64,000 bases of DNA from a virus. Position numbers and translations under genes: made by a program. Location of the stretch: positions 1 through 64,000 of IMG/VR virus record IMGVR_UViG_3300046804_001743; one strand, 5' to 3'. The notes below the pieces were generated by a model, which saw nothing but the letters and a program-made list of their open reading frames with translations, was not told the origin of the DNA and searched no databases. Shown piece by piece: positions 45,988-55,238 of this stretch (positions are counted from its first letter, which is position 1; the number at the start of each line of letters is the position of its first letter).

Positions 45988-47491
45988 CTACAACCAAGCG
46001 GCAGACATCGCAGAACATCAACTAAAATTTATTAGCAAATCAATGTGCTATGCTAAGTGGGCACAAGTGTCTATGCACCTTACTAATGGCATGACACAGA
46101 GTTGTTACCATCCGCCGCTACATAAAATAGATACTGCACTATTAAAAGAAAATCCCAGCGCATTGCATAACACCGATCAAAAAAAGCAAGAGCGTAAAAT
46201 GATGTTAAAGGGCGACCGCCCAGCAGGGTGCGAGTATTGTTGGAAAATTGAAGATGTAGGCGGAAGAAGTGATAGAATTTATCGTTCAGGAGAATACTGG
46301 GCACAAAATGCTAGACTAGATATATTTGAAGCCATAGATACTGGCAACGTAGATCCGCGATATGTTGAGGTTAACTTTAATCAAGCCTGTAATTTTAAAT
46401 GTATGTATTGCAGTCCGCACCTGTCAACTGCATGGGAAGATGAAGTAGAAAAATTTGGACCTTACGAAGTACTAAACTCGTCTGGACAATTAACAGAACA
46501 CAACAACATCAATGCACTAAAGAGCAGTGGTTTCATGCCTCTAAAAGTTAGGCAAGATGAGAACCCATACGTAGAAGCATTCTGGCGTTGGTGGCCTCAG
46601 TTGTATAAAAAATTAGAAGTATTGCGTATGACAGGCGGAGAGCCGCTTATGGATGTCAACACATTTAAGGTGCTAGACTATATCTATCAGCACCCAAATC
46701 AATGGTTAGAAGTAAGTGTAACTACTAATATGTGCCCGCCTAAGCCGGAACTGTTTAACAAGTTTATTGATAGTCTAAAAAAATTAGAAGAAATACAAAT
46801 ATGGGAAGATAAAGAACGATTCAATCCTGGATCCGGTAATCACTGGTACGTAAACATGGCTGTTAAAAATTTTGCTGTGTTTGTTAGTTTAGATAGCGTA
46901 AGTGATCAAGCTGAGTATATTCGATCGGGTTTAGATTACACAACCTTACAAAAAAATGTAACACATTTATTAGACGACACTTGCAATACTACGCTGACCT
47001 TTATCAATACATTTAATGCTTTAAGTGTTCCTAAGTTCAAGGATTTTTTAAAATACATACTAGAGCTTCGCACAAAGTATAATCGTCAAGCTCAGGGTAT
47101 CAAATATATCCCAATTCACGATCCATACCATACACATCCAGATCACCAAGTACATCCAAGACAACGTGTATGGTTTGACGTACCTTTGTTAAGGAATCCT
47201 GCTTGGCAAAATATACATATATTGCCTGAAGAGTTTGAACAGTATTTAGATGATGCTATTAAGTTTATGGAAGATAATTTCGAAATGGGGAACTTTGATG
47301 GCTTTTACGATTTTGAAATTGAAAAAGTAAAAAGAAATTTAAAAATTATGAAGGAAAGAAATCCTAATCAAACTATTAACAGAAAAAATTTCGTAAATTA
47401 CTTCCAAGAGTATGATCGTAGAAAGAACACTAATCTAGTAAAAACCTTCCCAGAATTAGAAAATGTTTATAACGATTGGAGAAAAATATGA
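45980..47491 (+). CDS. radical SAM enzyme with Cys-rich N-terminal domain
   Basis: CYAKWAQ...SCYHPP...GCEYCWKIED, then CNFKCMYC and MTGGEPLMD. Confidence 0.8.
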   Translation: MSNYNQAADIAEHQLKFISKSMCYAKWAQVSMHLTNGMTQSCYHPPLHKIDTALLKENPSALHNTDQKKQERKMMLKGDRPAGCEYCWKIEDVGGRSDRIYRSGEYWAQNARLDIFEAIDTGNVDPRYVEVNFNQACNFKCMYCSPHLSTAWEDEVEKFGPYEVLNSSGQLTEHNNINALKSSGFMPLKVRQDENPYVEAFWRWWPQLYKKLEVLRMTGGEPLMDVNTFKVLDYIYQHPNQWLEVSVTTNMCPPKPELFNKFIDSLKKLEEIQIWEDKERFNPGSGNHWYVNMAVKNFAVFVSLDSVSDQAEYIRSGLDYTTLQKNVTHLLDDTCNTTLTFINTFNALSVPKFKDFLKYILELRTKYNRQAQGIKYIPIHDPYHTHPDHQVHPRQRVWFDVPLLRNPAWQNIHILPEEFEQYLDDAIKFMEDNFEMGNFDGFYDFEIEKVKRNLKIMKERNPNQTINRKNFVNYFQEYDRRKNTNLVKTFPELENVYNDWRKI

Positions 47492-48243
47492 GAAAGATTG
47501 TTTTAGTTACAGGAGGATTTGACCCCTTACACTCCGGACATATTTCTTACTTCAAAGAAGCGCGAGCACTAGGTGACATGTTGATTGTCGGTATCAACAG
47601 TGATGCTTGGCTTGAGCGTAAAAAGGGCAGAGCATTCATGCCCTGGAAAGAACGCTACATGATTGTGAGTAAGATCAAGTATGTTGATCAAGCTACATAT
47701 TTCAATGACGAAGACGGTAGTGCTGTGGCGTTTATTGAAGACATGAAACAACAATATCCCAATGACGAAATCATCTTTGCCAACGGTGGTGATAGAACCG
47801 CTACAAACATTCCAGAGATGGTATGTAAGGATGTGGTCTTTAAATTCGGAGTCGGCGGTGAAGATAAATCTAACAGTAGTAGCTGGATTCTTGACGAATG
47901 GAAGGCTCCTAAAACAGAAAGACCGTGGGGTTACTATCGAATTATTCACGAAGTTCCAGGAACCAAAGTTAAAGAACTTACTATTGACCCTGGACAAAAG
48001 CTCAGTTTGCAAAAGCACTTTAAAAGAAATGAATTTTGGTTTGTAACACACGGTGCTTGTGACGTTGTTAGCTGTTTGAGTAACGGCTACATGATGCCTG
48101 TAGTGCTACTCAAAGAACACCTACACCATTTTGTACCAAAAGGTGAATGGCACCAAATTCGAAATCCGTACCAAATTCCTTGTAAAATTGTAGAAATCCA
48201 ATTTGGCGAGCTGTGTGACGAGTCAGATATTGAGCGTAGATAA
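47488..48243 (+). CDS. sugar-phosphate cytidylyl/adenylyl-transferase fused to a C-terminal cupin
   Basis: VLVTGGFDPLHSGH (HxGH nucleotidyltransferase motif, as in TagD or RfaE domain II). C-terminal beta-rich cupin-like half. Confidence 0.7.
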   Translation: MRKIVLVTGGFDPLHSGHISYFKEARALGDMLIVGINSDAWLERKKGRAFMPWKERYMIVSKIKYVDQATYFNDEDGSAVAFIEDMKQQYPNDEIIFANGGDRTATNIPEMVCKDVVFKFGVGGEDKSNSSSWILDEWKAPKTERPWGYYRIIHEVPGTKVKELTIDPGQKLSLQKHFKRNEFWFVTHGACDVVSCLSNGYMMPVVLLKEHLHHFVPKGEWHQIRNPYQIPCKIVEIQFGELCDESDIERR

Positions 48244-48246
48244 AGG

Positions 48247-48275
48247 TTGACAGCACTATATTTTGGTGCTACAAT
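48247..48275 (+). promoter_or_regulatory. sigma70-consensus promoter (TTGACA-17nt-TACAAT)
   Basis: TTGACA at 48247-52, TACAAT at 48270-75. AGGAG RBS at 48294-98 before the ATG at 48308. Confidence 0.6.
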
Positions 48276-48307
48276 ATACATATTGTTAAACATTAGGAGT
48301 GATTCAC

Positions 48308-49513
48308 ATGGCAACAAAAGCCGCTACTAAAACTCGTGTAACCAAAAAGCAAGTTATTGCTCACCGTACTCGCGCTGTTAAAGATACCAGCCCTGTTTGG
48401 GAAGGTTGCGAGACTTGGAGCGGTGATGAGTTCCATCGCTTCTTCCGCAAAGCAATGGACTACTACCGCCTTGAAAGCGATATTAAAACTTACAAGCCTG
48501 TAGTTATCCGATGGATGGAAAGTGTTGGCTGTACTAAGTCAGACATTGCCGCTTTTAAGAAAGTTAAAGACAGTCGTGTTGGAACTACAATGGGTGCAGT
48601 TGCGGCCTGTTTGAATCGTGGTATGCAACCACAACGGGCTGACTTTAATCAAGGTCGCGATACTGCGGCGTGGCTTCGTGCTGAGATTGTTAAAGTCATT
48701 AACGAAGGCAAAGACGACGTTGATCCAGAAGTAGCAGCCGCGGAAAAAGAAGCAGAAAAGTCAACTGTTTATACTCCTAGTATCCAAGAACGTGTGCGTG
48801 ATGCGGCTATGAACATGACTGAAGAATTGGAAGATGCATACCACGCTTTCCAAACTGATCCAGAAAACTTTGATCCCAAAGCATTTAAGATTGTAAACTT
48901 GCTTCGTGGCAAGGGCGTAAAAGCCGCACATGCTCGTATTATTAAAGAGTTTTATGCCCGTGACTTGGCGGAACTAACTGAGCTTGCTAGCGGTAAAGCT
49001 GACGAGCAGTTGCGTGAAGGTTATAGTCATCGTAGCCGTAAACAAATTAAAAACTTCATTGCGTTCTTGCAAGAGATCGAAAGTGCTTGTAAAATGCTTA
49101 TGGAAGAGGCAAAAGTTAACAAGAAGCCTCGTGCTAAAAAGGCTGTACCTGCTGAAAAGATTGTTGGTAAACTCAAGTATCTTAAGACGTTTGAAGCTCT
49201 TAAACTTGTGTCTATTAACCCTGCAGACATCCTTCGTGCTAAGGAACTGTGGGTTTACAATACTAAAACCCGTAAGTTGGGCAAATATGTGACTACAGAG
49301 TTCAGTGAGTTGGGTGTAAAAGGCACTACAATTACAGGCTTTGATGAGCATAACAGTATTTGTAAGACTATCCGTAAGCCTGAAGAAAAGCTCAAAGAGT
49401 TTAAAGCGGCAGGTAAAGTGGCGTTGCGTAAGTTCTTGGACGATATCAACGCTACAGACACCAAAATGAACGGTCGTATTAACGAAGATACTATCCTGCT
49501 TAAAGTGCAGTAA
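48308..49513 (+). CDS. hypothetical Lys-rich protein (possible virion or scaffold protein)
   Basis: Strong promoter and RBS. About 400 aa, helical and charged. Confidence 0.5.
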   Translation: MATKAATKTRVTKKQVIAHRTRAVKDTSPVWEGCETWSGDEFHRFFRKAMDYYRLESDIKTYKPVVIRWMESVGCTKSDIAAFKKVKDSRVGTTMGAVAACLNRGMQPQRADFNQGRDTAAWLRAEIVKVINEGKDDVDPEVAAAEKEAEKSTVYTPSIQERVRDAAMNMTEELEDAYHAFQTDPENFDPKAFKIVNLLRGKGVKAAHARIIKEFYARDLAELTELASGKADEQLREGYSHRSRKQIKNFIAFLQEIESACKMLMEEAKVNKKPRAKKAVPAEKIVGKLKYLKTFEALKLVSINPADILRAKELWVYNTKTRKLGKYVTTEFSELGVKGTTITGFDEHNSICKTIRKPEEKLKEFKAAGKVALRKFLDDINATDTKMNGRINEDTILLKVQ

Positions 49514-49558
49514 GTATAAACAAAACATGGATAAATACTCAAAAGAGAGTGTTTATCC

Positions 49559-51022
49559 ATGGACTCATTACAAAATAGCATTAATCAATTAATACAATCA
49601 GCATTAGAAAATTCTGCTGGCAATTTTAAGCACACTGGCGACTTATTAATTAACGGAACTCTTACTGTTGATACTGTAAATGTTAATAATTTAATTACAG
49701 AACATGGTAATTTAGCCAATCCCGGAAACTGGGTAACTATAACAGAAGACGAGTTAAGCGGCAAAGGATTTAGTTGGACATGGGGTGACGGCGGTACAAA
49801 GTTATTGTACAGAGACGGCAATAGACTTTGGACCAGCGGAGACTTTGATCTAGGATCTAACAAGTCTTACAAAATTAATAATGTACCTGTGTTGTCTGCA
49901 AGCGAGCTTGGCCCGCAGGTCACAAAAAGTAAACTTAGAGAGCTAGGAACATTAAACAGTTTAACAGTTTCTGGCGATGCAACTATTTCTGATTTTGCAG
50001 TTTTTAACAGCACAGTAAATCGATTAGGTCTAGGAACAGATCAGCCCAATGCAATCCTAAGTATTTTAGACAACGGGATTGAAATTGTAACGGGTGCGGC
50101 AGGTAACAATCTAGCCTGCTTTGGTACGTTTACTAATGATAGTTTAGAAATTATTACTGATAATACAACTCGCGTTACATTCAAGAATGATGGCGAAGTT
50201 ATTTTTGGCAATGAATCTACTAAGACTGCTAACGTAACTGTCTACGGAACCCTCAAAGTAGAAAATTTATTAACTGATAATAGATTAGATCGATACAGTT
50301 CTTTAGAGTTTAAAGCATCAACTGGTAGAACAGAGTATGGTTTAGGATTAACTTGGACCGGTACAGGCAACAGTAAAAACTTCCTACTAATGCCTGATCC
50401 AAGTAGATTGTGGTCTAGCGAAAGTTTAGAACTTGCAGAAGAAAAATCTTTTTACATTAATGGTTCTGAAGTATTGAGTAAAAATGCTCTTGGCACTAAT
50501 GTCACTAAATCTAATCTAGCTACATTAGGCACTTTAGAATCGTTAAGCGTACAAGGCGAAGCTACGTTCTTTGGAGATGTTAATGCATCTCACAACCTAT
50601 TAAGAGCAAAAAATATTGTACTTGATGCGTACAGTAATAGGCTATCAATTACCAACTTAGGTGTTGATTCTAGTGAATCGTTCAGTATTAAAATTGACAA
50701 CGACGAAGCACTACACGCAGATAAACATTCTATAAGTATTGGTAATAAAAACAATAATAGAAAACCAGTTAAGGTATTTGGTCCATTAAGTATCGGCGCA
50801 AGCAATCCCGATCCAGATGCTATGCTCAGTGTTAACGGAGACGTTATACTAGGCGGCAAGAAATTTACCAGCGGTACATCAGCACCAGTGACAGGAAACG
50901 GCACTCAGGGAGATATATGCTGGAATTCAAATCCTCAACCTAATAGTTACGTTGGCTGGATCTGTATTTCAAGCGGTGCTCCTGGTGCATGGATGCCGTT
51001 TGGAATGATTGTAAACCGTTAA
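49559..51022 (+). CDS. fibre-like structural protein with internal repeats
   Basis: Repeated segments (SASELGPQVTKSKLRELGTLNSLTVSGDATI and SKNALGTNVTKSNLATLGTLESLSVQGEATF). Gly/Thr/Asn-rich. Confidence 0.5.
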   Translation: MDSLQNSINQLIQSALENSAGNFKHTGDLLINGTLTVDTVNVNNLITEHGNLANPGNWVTITEDELSGKGFSWTWGDGGTKLLYRDGNRLWTSGDFDLGSNKSYKINNVPVLSASELGPQVTKSKLRELGTLNSLTVSGDATISDFAVFNSTVNRLGLGTDQPNAILSILDNGIEIVTGAAGNNLACFGTFTNDSLEIITDNTTRVTFKNDGEVIFGNESTKTANVTVYGTLKVENLLTDNRLDRYSSLEFKASTGRTEYGLGLTWTGTGNSKNFLLMPDPSRLWSSESLELAEEKSFYINGSEVLSKNALGTNVTKSNLATLGTLESLSVQGEATFFGDVNASHNLLRAKNIVLDAYSNRLSITNLGVDSSESFSIKIDNDEALHADKHSISIGNKNNNRKPVKVFGPLSIGASNPDPDAMLSVNGDVILGGKKFTSGTSAPVTGNGTQGDICWNSNPQPNSYVGWICISSGAPGAWMPFGMIVNR

Positions 51023-51066
51023 TACTACTGTATAATTTGGTTTCATTGGCCTATAAATACAACACT

Positions 51067-51402
51067 ATGGGAATAATCACTAATGAACTCTACAAGCAGA
51101 TTAAAGGTTGGCGAATTTACTCTGTAATTGCGCCTGCTCTGTTTTGTGGCACAGCGGCTTTCTTATACTTACATTACGGTACAAGTTTTGAAAAAATATT
51201 CTATACGGGACTAATCATCCTTGCTGTTACCTGTATCAGTTGGTGGCATTGGAGTCTTTCAACTATGGTTACTATGCTGGCCATTATGAAAGATACTGAC
51301 GACCATTTTGAAGAAGTTGGTAAAAAATTAGAAGAATTAAGGATACAAAACGGTGGAAAACCCAACCTAACGGTTGTCAAGAATCTTGACAAAGTAGACT
51401 AA
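51067..51402 (+). CDS. small membrane protein
   Basis: Three hydrophobic segments. The start could be upstream (ORF open from 50989). Confidence 0.4.
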   Translation: MGIITNELYKQIKGWRIYSVIAPALFCGTAAFLYLHYGTSFEKIFYTGLIILAVTCISWWHWSLSTMVTMLAIMKDTDDHFEEVGKKLEELRIQNGGKPNLTVVKNLDKVD

Positions 51403-51488
51403 ACTAGTATAATTATATTATGCGGTCTTGACGCTCACCCCGCAATATAAACTCTGCGTGTCATCAAACTTACTGAAAAGGGCAAGAG

Positions 51489-52040
51489 ATGACTTGGATC
51501 ATTGATAAAACATTTGAATTCTGCTACGGTCACAGAGTTCATACACAAACATTAAACGGCGAATATGCCGCTGACCTAAAATGCGCTTGTCGCCATTTAC
51601 ATGGACACGAGGGCAAAATGCAAGTATTCCTTACAGCGCCAAAACTAGATAACACTGGTATGGTAACTGACTTTAGACACTTAGAATGGCTAAAGAAATG
51701 GATTAACGAATATATTGATCACCAATTTATTATTGACAAGAATGACCCACTTTACTTTAAAATTATCGGCGATAGACCGTTGGTTCCTGTTTTGGTCCCT
51801 AACACTGAACATGTCGCTGGTTGGCATTTGGATCTTAGCGGACTGGAGCCAAACACACCTGAGTACGAGTACTATGAAGGATTTATGGTTGTGGACTTTG
51901 TTCCTACCAGTGAGCATCTTTCTTCTTGGATGGCGGAGCTTGTCCAAAGTAAAATGAAAGCATTAGGTGTAACTGTTCAGCGTATCGAATGGTGGGAGAC
52001 ACCTAAATCACGCTCGGTATTTTATAGAGATGGTGTATGA
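51489..52040 (+). CDS. queD: 6-pyruvoyl-tetrahydropterin synthase / QueD-like
   Basis: FCYGHRVH ... CACRHLHGHEGK (Cx5HGH zinc/catalytic motif of the PTPS/QueD family). Confidence 0.8.
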   Translation: MTWIIDKTFEFCYGHRVHTQTLNGEYAADLKCACRHLHGHEGKMQVFLTAPKLDNTGMVTDFRHLEWLKKWINEYIDHQFIIDKNDPLYFKIIGDRPLVPVLVPNTEHVAGWHLDLSGLEPNTPEYEYYEGFMVVDFVPTSEHLSSWMAELVQSKMKALGVTVQRIEWWETPKSRSVFYRDGV

Positions 52041-52177
52041 CAGAAAAAGAAATGCTCGAAAGAATTAGTCTTGCATATGAAGTATATGCAAAAGAAGTAG
52101 GCAATCGAGGCGCGATTGAACATTTTATCAGTTGGCTGTACAAGCAGTACGGTATAGTCCAAAATGATAAAAAGTAA
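52037..52177 (+). CDS. small ORF (46 aa)
   Basis: ATGA overlap with queD. Not in the track (under 60 aa). Confidence 0.3.
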   Translation: MTEKEMLERISLAYEVYAKEVGNRGAIEHFISWLYKQYGIVQNDKK

Positions 52178-52334
52178 TTTTTGGCGACTTTGGGCCAAGG
52201 CGTTAGGCGAAAAATCAGGTAATTCGGACGCAGAAGCGGACCGAATTGCTTGGATTCGTACAGTAATTGTGTTAATATACATTATCACAAACTTTTTTAT
52301 TGTAGCAGGCGTCATAAGGCATTGGAATGATTAA
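52164..52334 (+). CDS. small membrane protein (56 aa)
   Basis: Overlaps both neighbours. One TM segment (IVLIYIITNFFIVAGVI). Confidence 0.3.
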   Translation: MIKSNFWRLWAKALGEKSGNSDAEADRIAWIRTVIVLIYIITNFFIVAGVIRHWND

Positions 52335-53349
52335 ACGAATTGGCTTTGCATGTAAATGGATTGATCACCCTGATCAGGTTAATGGCATTAAACCTAAAGA
52401 TGATGCTAAACAATACAACACAGGTTCTACTACTGTAGCTTGGTTAAATAGACAAAGCAAGGATGTAGCTGAACAAAAACTATGGGACTTAATGGTCCAG
52501 AACATAGAATCTGCACGTAAACTTGTTTCAAGAGTTGGAGACTTACCCAATGACCTCTGTATGGTACGACTTAGCAGTGATATTCTTCCTGTCTACACTG
52601 AGCCTAGCTGGAGTTACTATTACCGTAAGCCTGATGTCCGAGCATATCTTGAACGAGCCTTCGCGGGTGTTGGAGAAGTGGCTCGCAGTAGGCAAGTACG
52701 GCTTAGCTTTCACCCTGGGCAGTTTTGTGTGCTGGCTTCTGATAATCCTGATATTGTTAATCGTAGCATAGAGGAATTTGAGTATCATGCAGATATGGCC
52801 AAGTGGATGGGGTATGGTAAATCTTTTCAAGATTTCAAAATTAACGTCCACATTGCGGGTAGAGCCGGTACAGAAGGTATTAGACAAGCCTATAAGAGAC
52901 TCAGTACAGAAGCCCGCAACTGTATTACAATTGAAAACGAAGAAATAAGTTATGGACTTTCAGACTGTCTCGAGCTTGCTGATATTCTCCCTATTGTCAT
53001 GGATATTCATCACCATTGGGTTAGAGAAGGGGAGTACATACAAGCGAAAGATCCTCGGGTACAACGGGTTATTGGTTCGTGGCGTGGCGTTCGCCCTACT
53101 ATGCATTATTCTGTTAGTCGTGAAGATGTACTACGAGGTCATGCCACTAATAGTCTCCCAAGCATGGAGTCTTTGCTTTTAGAAGGACACAAAAAACAAA
53201 AGTTGCGAGCTCACAGCGACTTTTATTGGAACAAGGAAGTTAATAATTGGGCAATAAGTTTCACAGACCAGTTCGACATAATGTGCGAAAGCAAGGGCAA
53301 GAATTTAGCAAGTATGGAACTGTACAAACAAATGAAGGGAATCGTATGA
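52327..53349 (+). CDS. uvdE: UV DNA damage endonuclease UvdE
   Basis: Aligns across its length to UvdE as I recall it, e.g. RLSFHPGQF and INVHIAGRAG...ITIENEE. Confidence 0.8.
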   Translation: MIKRIGFACKWIDHPDQVNGIKPKDDAKQYNTGSTTVAWLNRQSKDVAEQKLWDLMVQNIESARKLVSRVGDLPNDLCMVRLSSDILPVYTEPSWSYYYRKPDVRAYLERAFAGVGEVARSRQVRLSFHPGQFCVLASDNPDIVNRSIEEFEYHADMAKWMGYGKSFQDFKINVHIAGRAGTEGIRQAYKRLSTEARNCITIENEEISYGLSDCLELADILPIVMDIHHHWVREGEYIQAKDPRVQRVIGSWRGVRPTMHYSVSREDVLRGHATNSLPSMESLLLEGHKKQKLRAHSDFYWNKEVNNWAISFTDQFDIMCESKGKNLASMELYKQMKGIV

Positions 53350-53537
53350 TAACACGCGAAAAGCTAATCAACCACGTTGAGCATCTTAAAGAAAAACACG
53401 ACGAACTAGACAAGCAAATTCAAGAATTATACGAACATCATACTGCTGACTTAAAAGTTGAAGAACTTAAAAAGAAAAAGCTCAAACTTAAGGACGAGAT
53501 TGAGCAGACTAATCGAAAGATTAATGACATAAAATAA
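53346..53537 (+). CDS. small coiled-coil protein
   Basis: ATGA overlap with uvdE. Heptad-rich. Confidence 0.4.
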   Translation: MITREKLINHVEHLKEKHDELDKQIQELYEHHTADLKVEELKKKKLKLKDEIEQTNRKINDIK

Positions 53538-53556
53538 AAGGGCCATTGGCCCTTTT
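53536..53556. terminator. bidirectional rho-independent terminator
   Basis: AAAAGGGCC-att-GGCCCTTTT hairpin between convergent genes. T-tract on the + strand, A-tract (T on the - strand) on the other side. Confidence 0.7.
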
Positions 53557-53557
53557 A

Positions 53558-53845
53558 TTATTGTGCTTTAGGTGCTTTAGGCTTGCGTGGCTTACTTCCG
53601 CCTTGCTTTTTTGGAGCAGCCTGTTTCTTAGGTGCGCCACCTTTTTTACCACCCTGCTTTTTGGCAGGTTTTTCTTCTGCAACTACAACAGTTTCACTAG
53701 TAGTTGAAACTACAGGATTAACCGCTGGATCAACAGATACAACTACTGTTGGTGCTGGTGCTGGTGTTTCAACTTTGTATGGTGCTTCTGTTGCTGAAGC
53801 TTCTGCTGGTTTACTGCCAAATAACTTTTTTAAAAATCCTAACAT
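53558..53845 (-). CDS. Lys/Ala/Pro-rich histone H1-like DNA-binding protein
   Basis: C-terminal KKQGGKKGGAPKKQAAPKKQGGSKPRKPKAPKAQ. Confidence 0.5.
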   Translation of the reverse strand: MLGFLKKLFGSKPAEASATEAPYKVETPAPAPTVVVSVDPAVNPVVSTTSETVVVAEEKPAKKQGGKKGGAPKKQAAPKKQGGSKPRKPKAPKAQ

Positions 53846-54004
53846 AATGGATTCCTCCTTCGTGACATATTTATATAGCTAAATATTATCAACAAATAGT
53901 CAAGAGCCAATTTACCCGTAGTCGCAAAATGCTACCTGAACTTTTAAACTTGCCGAAACTGGGAAAAAGCAAGCATCAGGGTCCTTGGATGCCCAGTTGA
54001 CCTC

Positions 54005-54577
54005 TTGACAGAGTATTTACTAAAGTATATGTATAATTTTATAAAAACGATTATTGAAGGCAAAGTACCTAAAACTTTAAAACAAGCAAAGCTACCTTAC
54101 GAAAAAACAGACCTAGGAAGAAGTTTAAGCAAGCAGACACTAGAATATCACTATGGTAAACTTTACAAAGGCTATGTAGATCGTTTTAACAATAGTGAAG
54201 GCGATGCAGATTTCAACGAAGCCGGTGCATTTTTACACGAAATATACTTTACACAGTTTAAAAAACCCTCAAGTAATAACAAACCTAGCGGCAGTTCTGA
54301 AGAGTTTATTAATAAACACTTTGGTGGATTTAAAAAGTTTCAAGAAACTTTTGAAAAAGAAGCTATGAAAATTCAAGGTAGCGGATGGGTGTACCTTGCC
54401 AAAGACGGCAAAATAAAAACTATCGTCAATCACGAAATCAAGCAAGATATTGTGCTATTAATTGATTGGTGGGAACATGCTTGGGCATTAGATTATCAAG
54501 CAGATAAGAAAAAGTATTTAGAAAATCAATGGAAGATTGTTGACTGGGAATCTGTCAACTCTAAAGTTGGTCAATAG
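54005..54577 (+). CDS. Fe/Mn superoxide dismutase-like protein with degenerate metal ligands
   Basis: LPYEK...LEYHYGKLYKGYV and DWWEHAWALDYQADKKKYLENQWKIVDWESV, versus my recollection of SOD HHGKHH...DVWEHAYY..NRR..Y...W.VVNW. The N-terminal His ligands are replaced. The start is uncertain: a promoter-like TTGACA overlaps the 5' end. Confidence 0.55.
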   Translation: MTEYLLKYMYNFIKTIIEGKVPKTLKQAKLPYEKTDLGRSLSKQTLEYHYGKLYKGYVDRFNNSEGDADFNEAGAFLHEIYFTQFKKPSSNNKPSGSSEEFINKHFGGFKKFQETFEKEAMKIQGSGWVYLAKDGKIKTIVNHEIKQDIVLLIDWWEHAWALDYQADKKKYLENQWKIVDWESVNSKVGQ

Positions 54578-54848
54578 TTTTCATACTGCTAGCAGGCATA
54601 TCCCAAACTTTACGTGCTTCAACGCCCTTGCTCTGGGCAAACTTCTTAGCATCACAGTCTCCGCATACATGATATACAGAGTTGTTTAATCGCTTAGGAT
54701 CCATGTTCCCTTTGTCTCGTTTAAACACGCCTTGGCAACAGTCACATCGAAACACTAATACAGTCTTTTTTCTTAGATAAGCATGTACGGTTCCGTACTT
54801 ACTTGTTCTGTAATGACTATGCTGTTCGTATTCTTGGCCTAAGTACAT
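54561..54848 (-). CDS. hypothetical zinc-finger protein
   Basis: CDCC...C.DC cysteines. Convergent with the SOD-like gene. Confidence 0.4.
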   Translation of the reverse strand: MYLGQEYEQHSHYRTSKYGTVHAYLRKKTVLVFRCDCCQGVFKRDKGNMDPKRLNNSVYHVCGDCDAKKFAQSKGVEARKVWDMPASSMKTIDQL

Positions 54849-54908
54849 AATTGTATTTACATTAAGGTTATAAAAATGTTTTGCTAAATATGAAGTAGAG
54901 GACTAAAA

Positions 54909-55232
54909 ATGATTAATATTTCTCCATCAGCAAAAACTAAAATACAAGACCTGCTCGACGAAGAAAACAATCCCAATCTTAGCTTACGCACCTTTGTACA
55001 AGGCGGCGGCTGCTCTGGTTTTAGTTACGGATTTACGTTCGACGACGTAATAAACGAAGACGACTTCATCCTTGATATAGGTCGCTGGAAAATCTTAGTT
55101 GACAGCATGAGCATGACCTACTTAACAGGTGCAGAAATAGACTACAAAGAAGAGCTTATGGGCTCACAATTTACAATAAAAAATCCTAACGCAACTACTA
55201 CTTGCGGTTGCGGATCGAGTTTCGGGGTATAA
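54909..55232 (+). CDS. Fe-S cluster A-type carrier (IscA/ErpA/HesB family)
   Basis: [11 protein letters not shown] and a C-terminal CGCGSSF (the three conserved Cys). Confidence 0.8.
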   Translation: MINISPSAKTKIQDLLDEENNPNLSLRTFVQGGGCSGFSYGFTFDDVINEDDFILDIGRWKILVDSMSMTYLTGAEIDYKEELMGSQFTIKNPNATTTCGCGSSFGV

Positions 55233-55238
55233 AATAAT

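Noticed and set aside
2748-53882. Numerous short ORFs antisense to or inside confident genes (e.g. 2748..3008, 3142..3507, 13641..13841, 15925..16239, 17656..17988, 18103..18546, 19452..19832, 32630..33178, 47569..48051, 48974..49528, 53583..53882)
   Set aside because: They overlap long ORFs that have strong domain evidence on the opposite strand or in another frame. No RBS and no motif. Treated as spurious.
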